Assembly (NCBI RefSeq): GCF_001194135.2
Contig: NC_068988.1
Coordinates: forward strand, 34,618,657 to 34,682,656
Length of the DNA: 64,000 nt
Origin: Octopus bimaculoides
Taxonomy: Eukaryota
Reading direction: 5' to 3'
The notes beneath the pieces are model-generated. The model saw nothing but the letters and a program-made list of their open reading frames with translations. It was not told the origin of the DNA and ran no database searches. The position numbers and the translations under genes were made by a program. Below are positions 63,732 to 64,000 of this stretch, piece after piece. Each line of letters opens with the position of its first letter. Position 1 is the stretch's first letter.

Positions 63732-64000
63732 ATAATACAGAACATGCATGCATACATTGTAAACTTGTGTGTGTTTGTAGGAGCTTGATAAGCTGGGTGG
63801 TGGTGATCGAAATAGGTGGGTGTGTGTTATAAAGCTTCTTTGTTAATTAAATTTGCTGGATTATAGCACGAATATGCCCTCAGACACACAAATAAAATTA
63901 TACATCTTATACACCTAGTACAGCACAAACACTTTACTTGTGATATGCCAAAGCATTATATATACATGTATACATACATACATATACATATATATATATA

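Overview
Eukaryotic, AT-rich, microsatellite-saturated draft scaffold with 8 N-gaps. The repeat families look like Octopus (cephalopod) elements; I inferred this by recalling the families, not by a database search. I found no confident protein-coding exon, rRNA, true tRNA or CRISPR array. Nearly all ORF-track entries are microsatellite or low-complexity artefacts. The only convincing coding remnant is the 3' end of an RTE-clade LINE ORF2 (56.4-57.2 kb). The rest is old tRNA-derived SINEs (including CORE-type SINEs with RTE-like tails), piggyBac-like TTAA MITEs, a Helentron/HINE-like fragment and simple repeats. This fits a very long intron or intergenic DNA. The best leads are: (1) a textbook recursive-splice (AG|GTAAGT) site at 1694/1695 followed by a 98-nt cryptic exon closed in all frames; (2) a 72-nt, ~32-bp pri-miRNA-like hairpin at 46174-46245 with + strand G.U wobbles and a CNNC motif; (3) a 1.3-kb fold-back with ~600-bp arms at 52782-54079; (4) a 203-bp locally templated or 3'-transduced insertion that splits a SINE's tRNA head; (5) a small fold-back MITE whose arm mismatches are all + strand G.U. 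Repeat boundaries are approximate and were read by eye.
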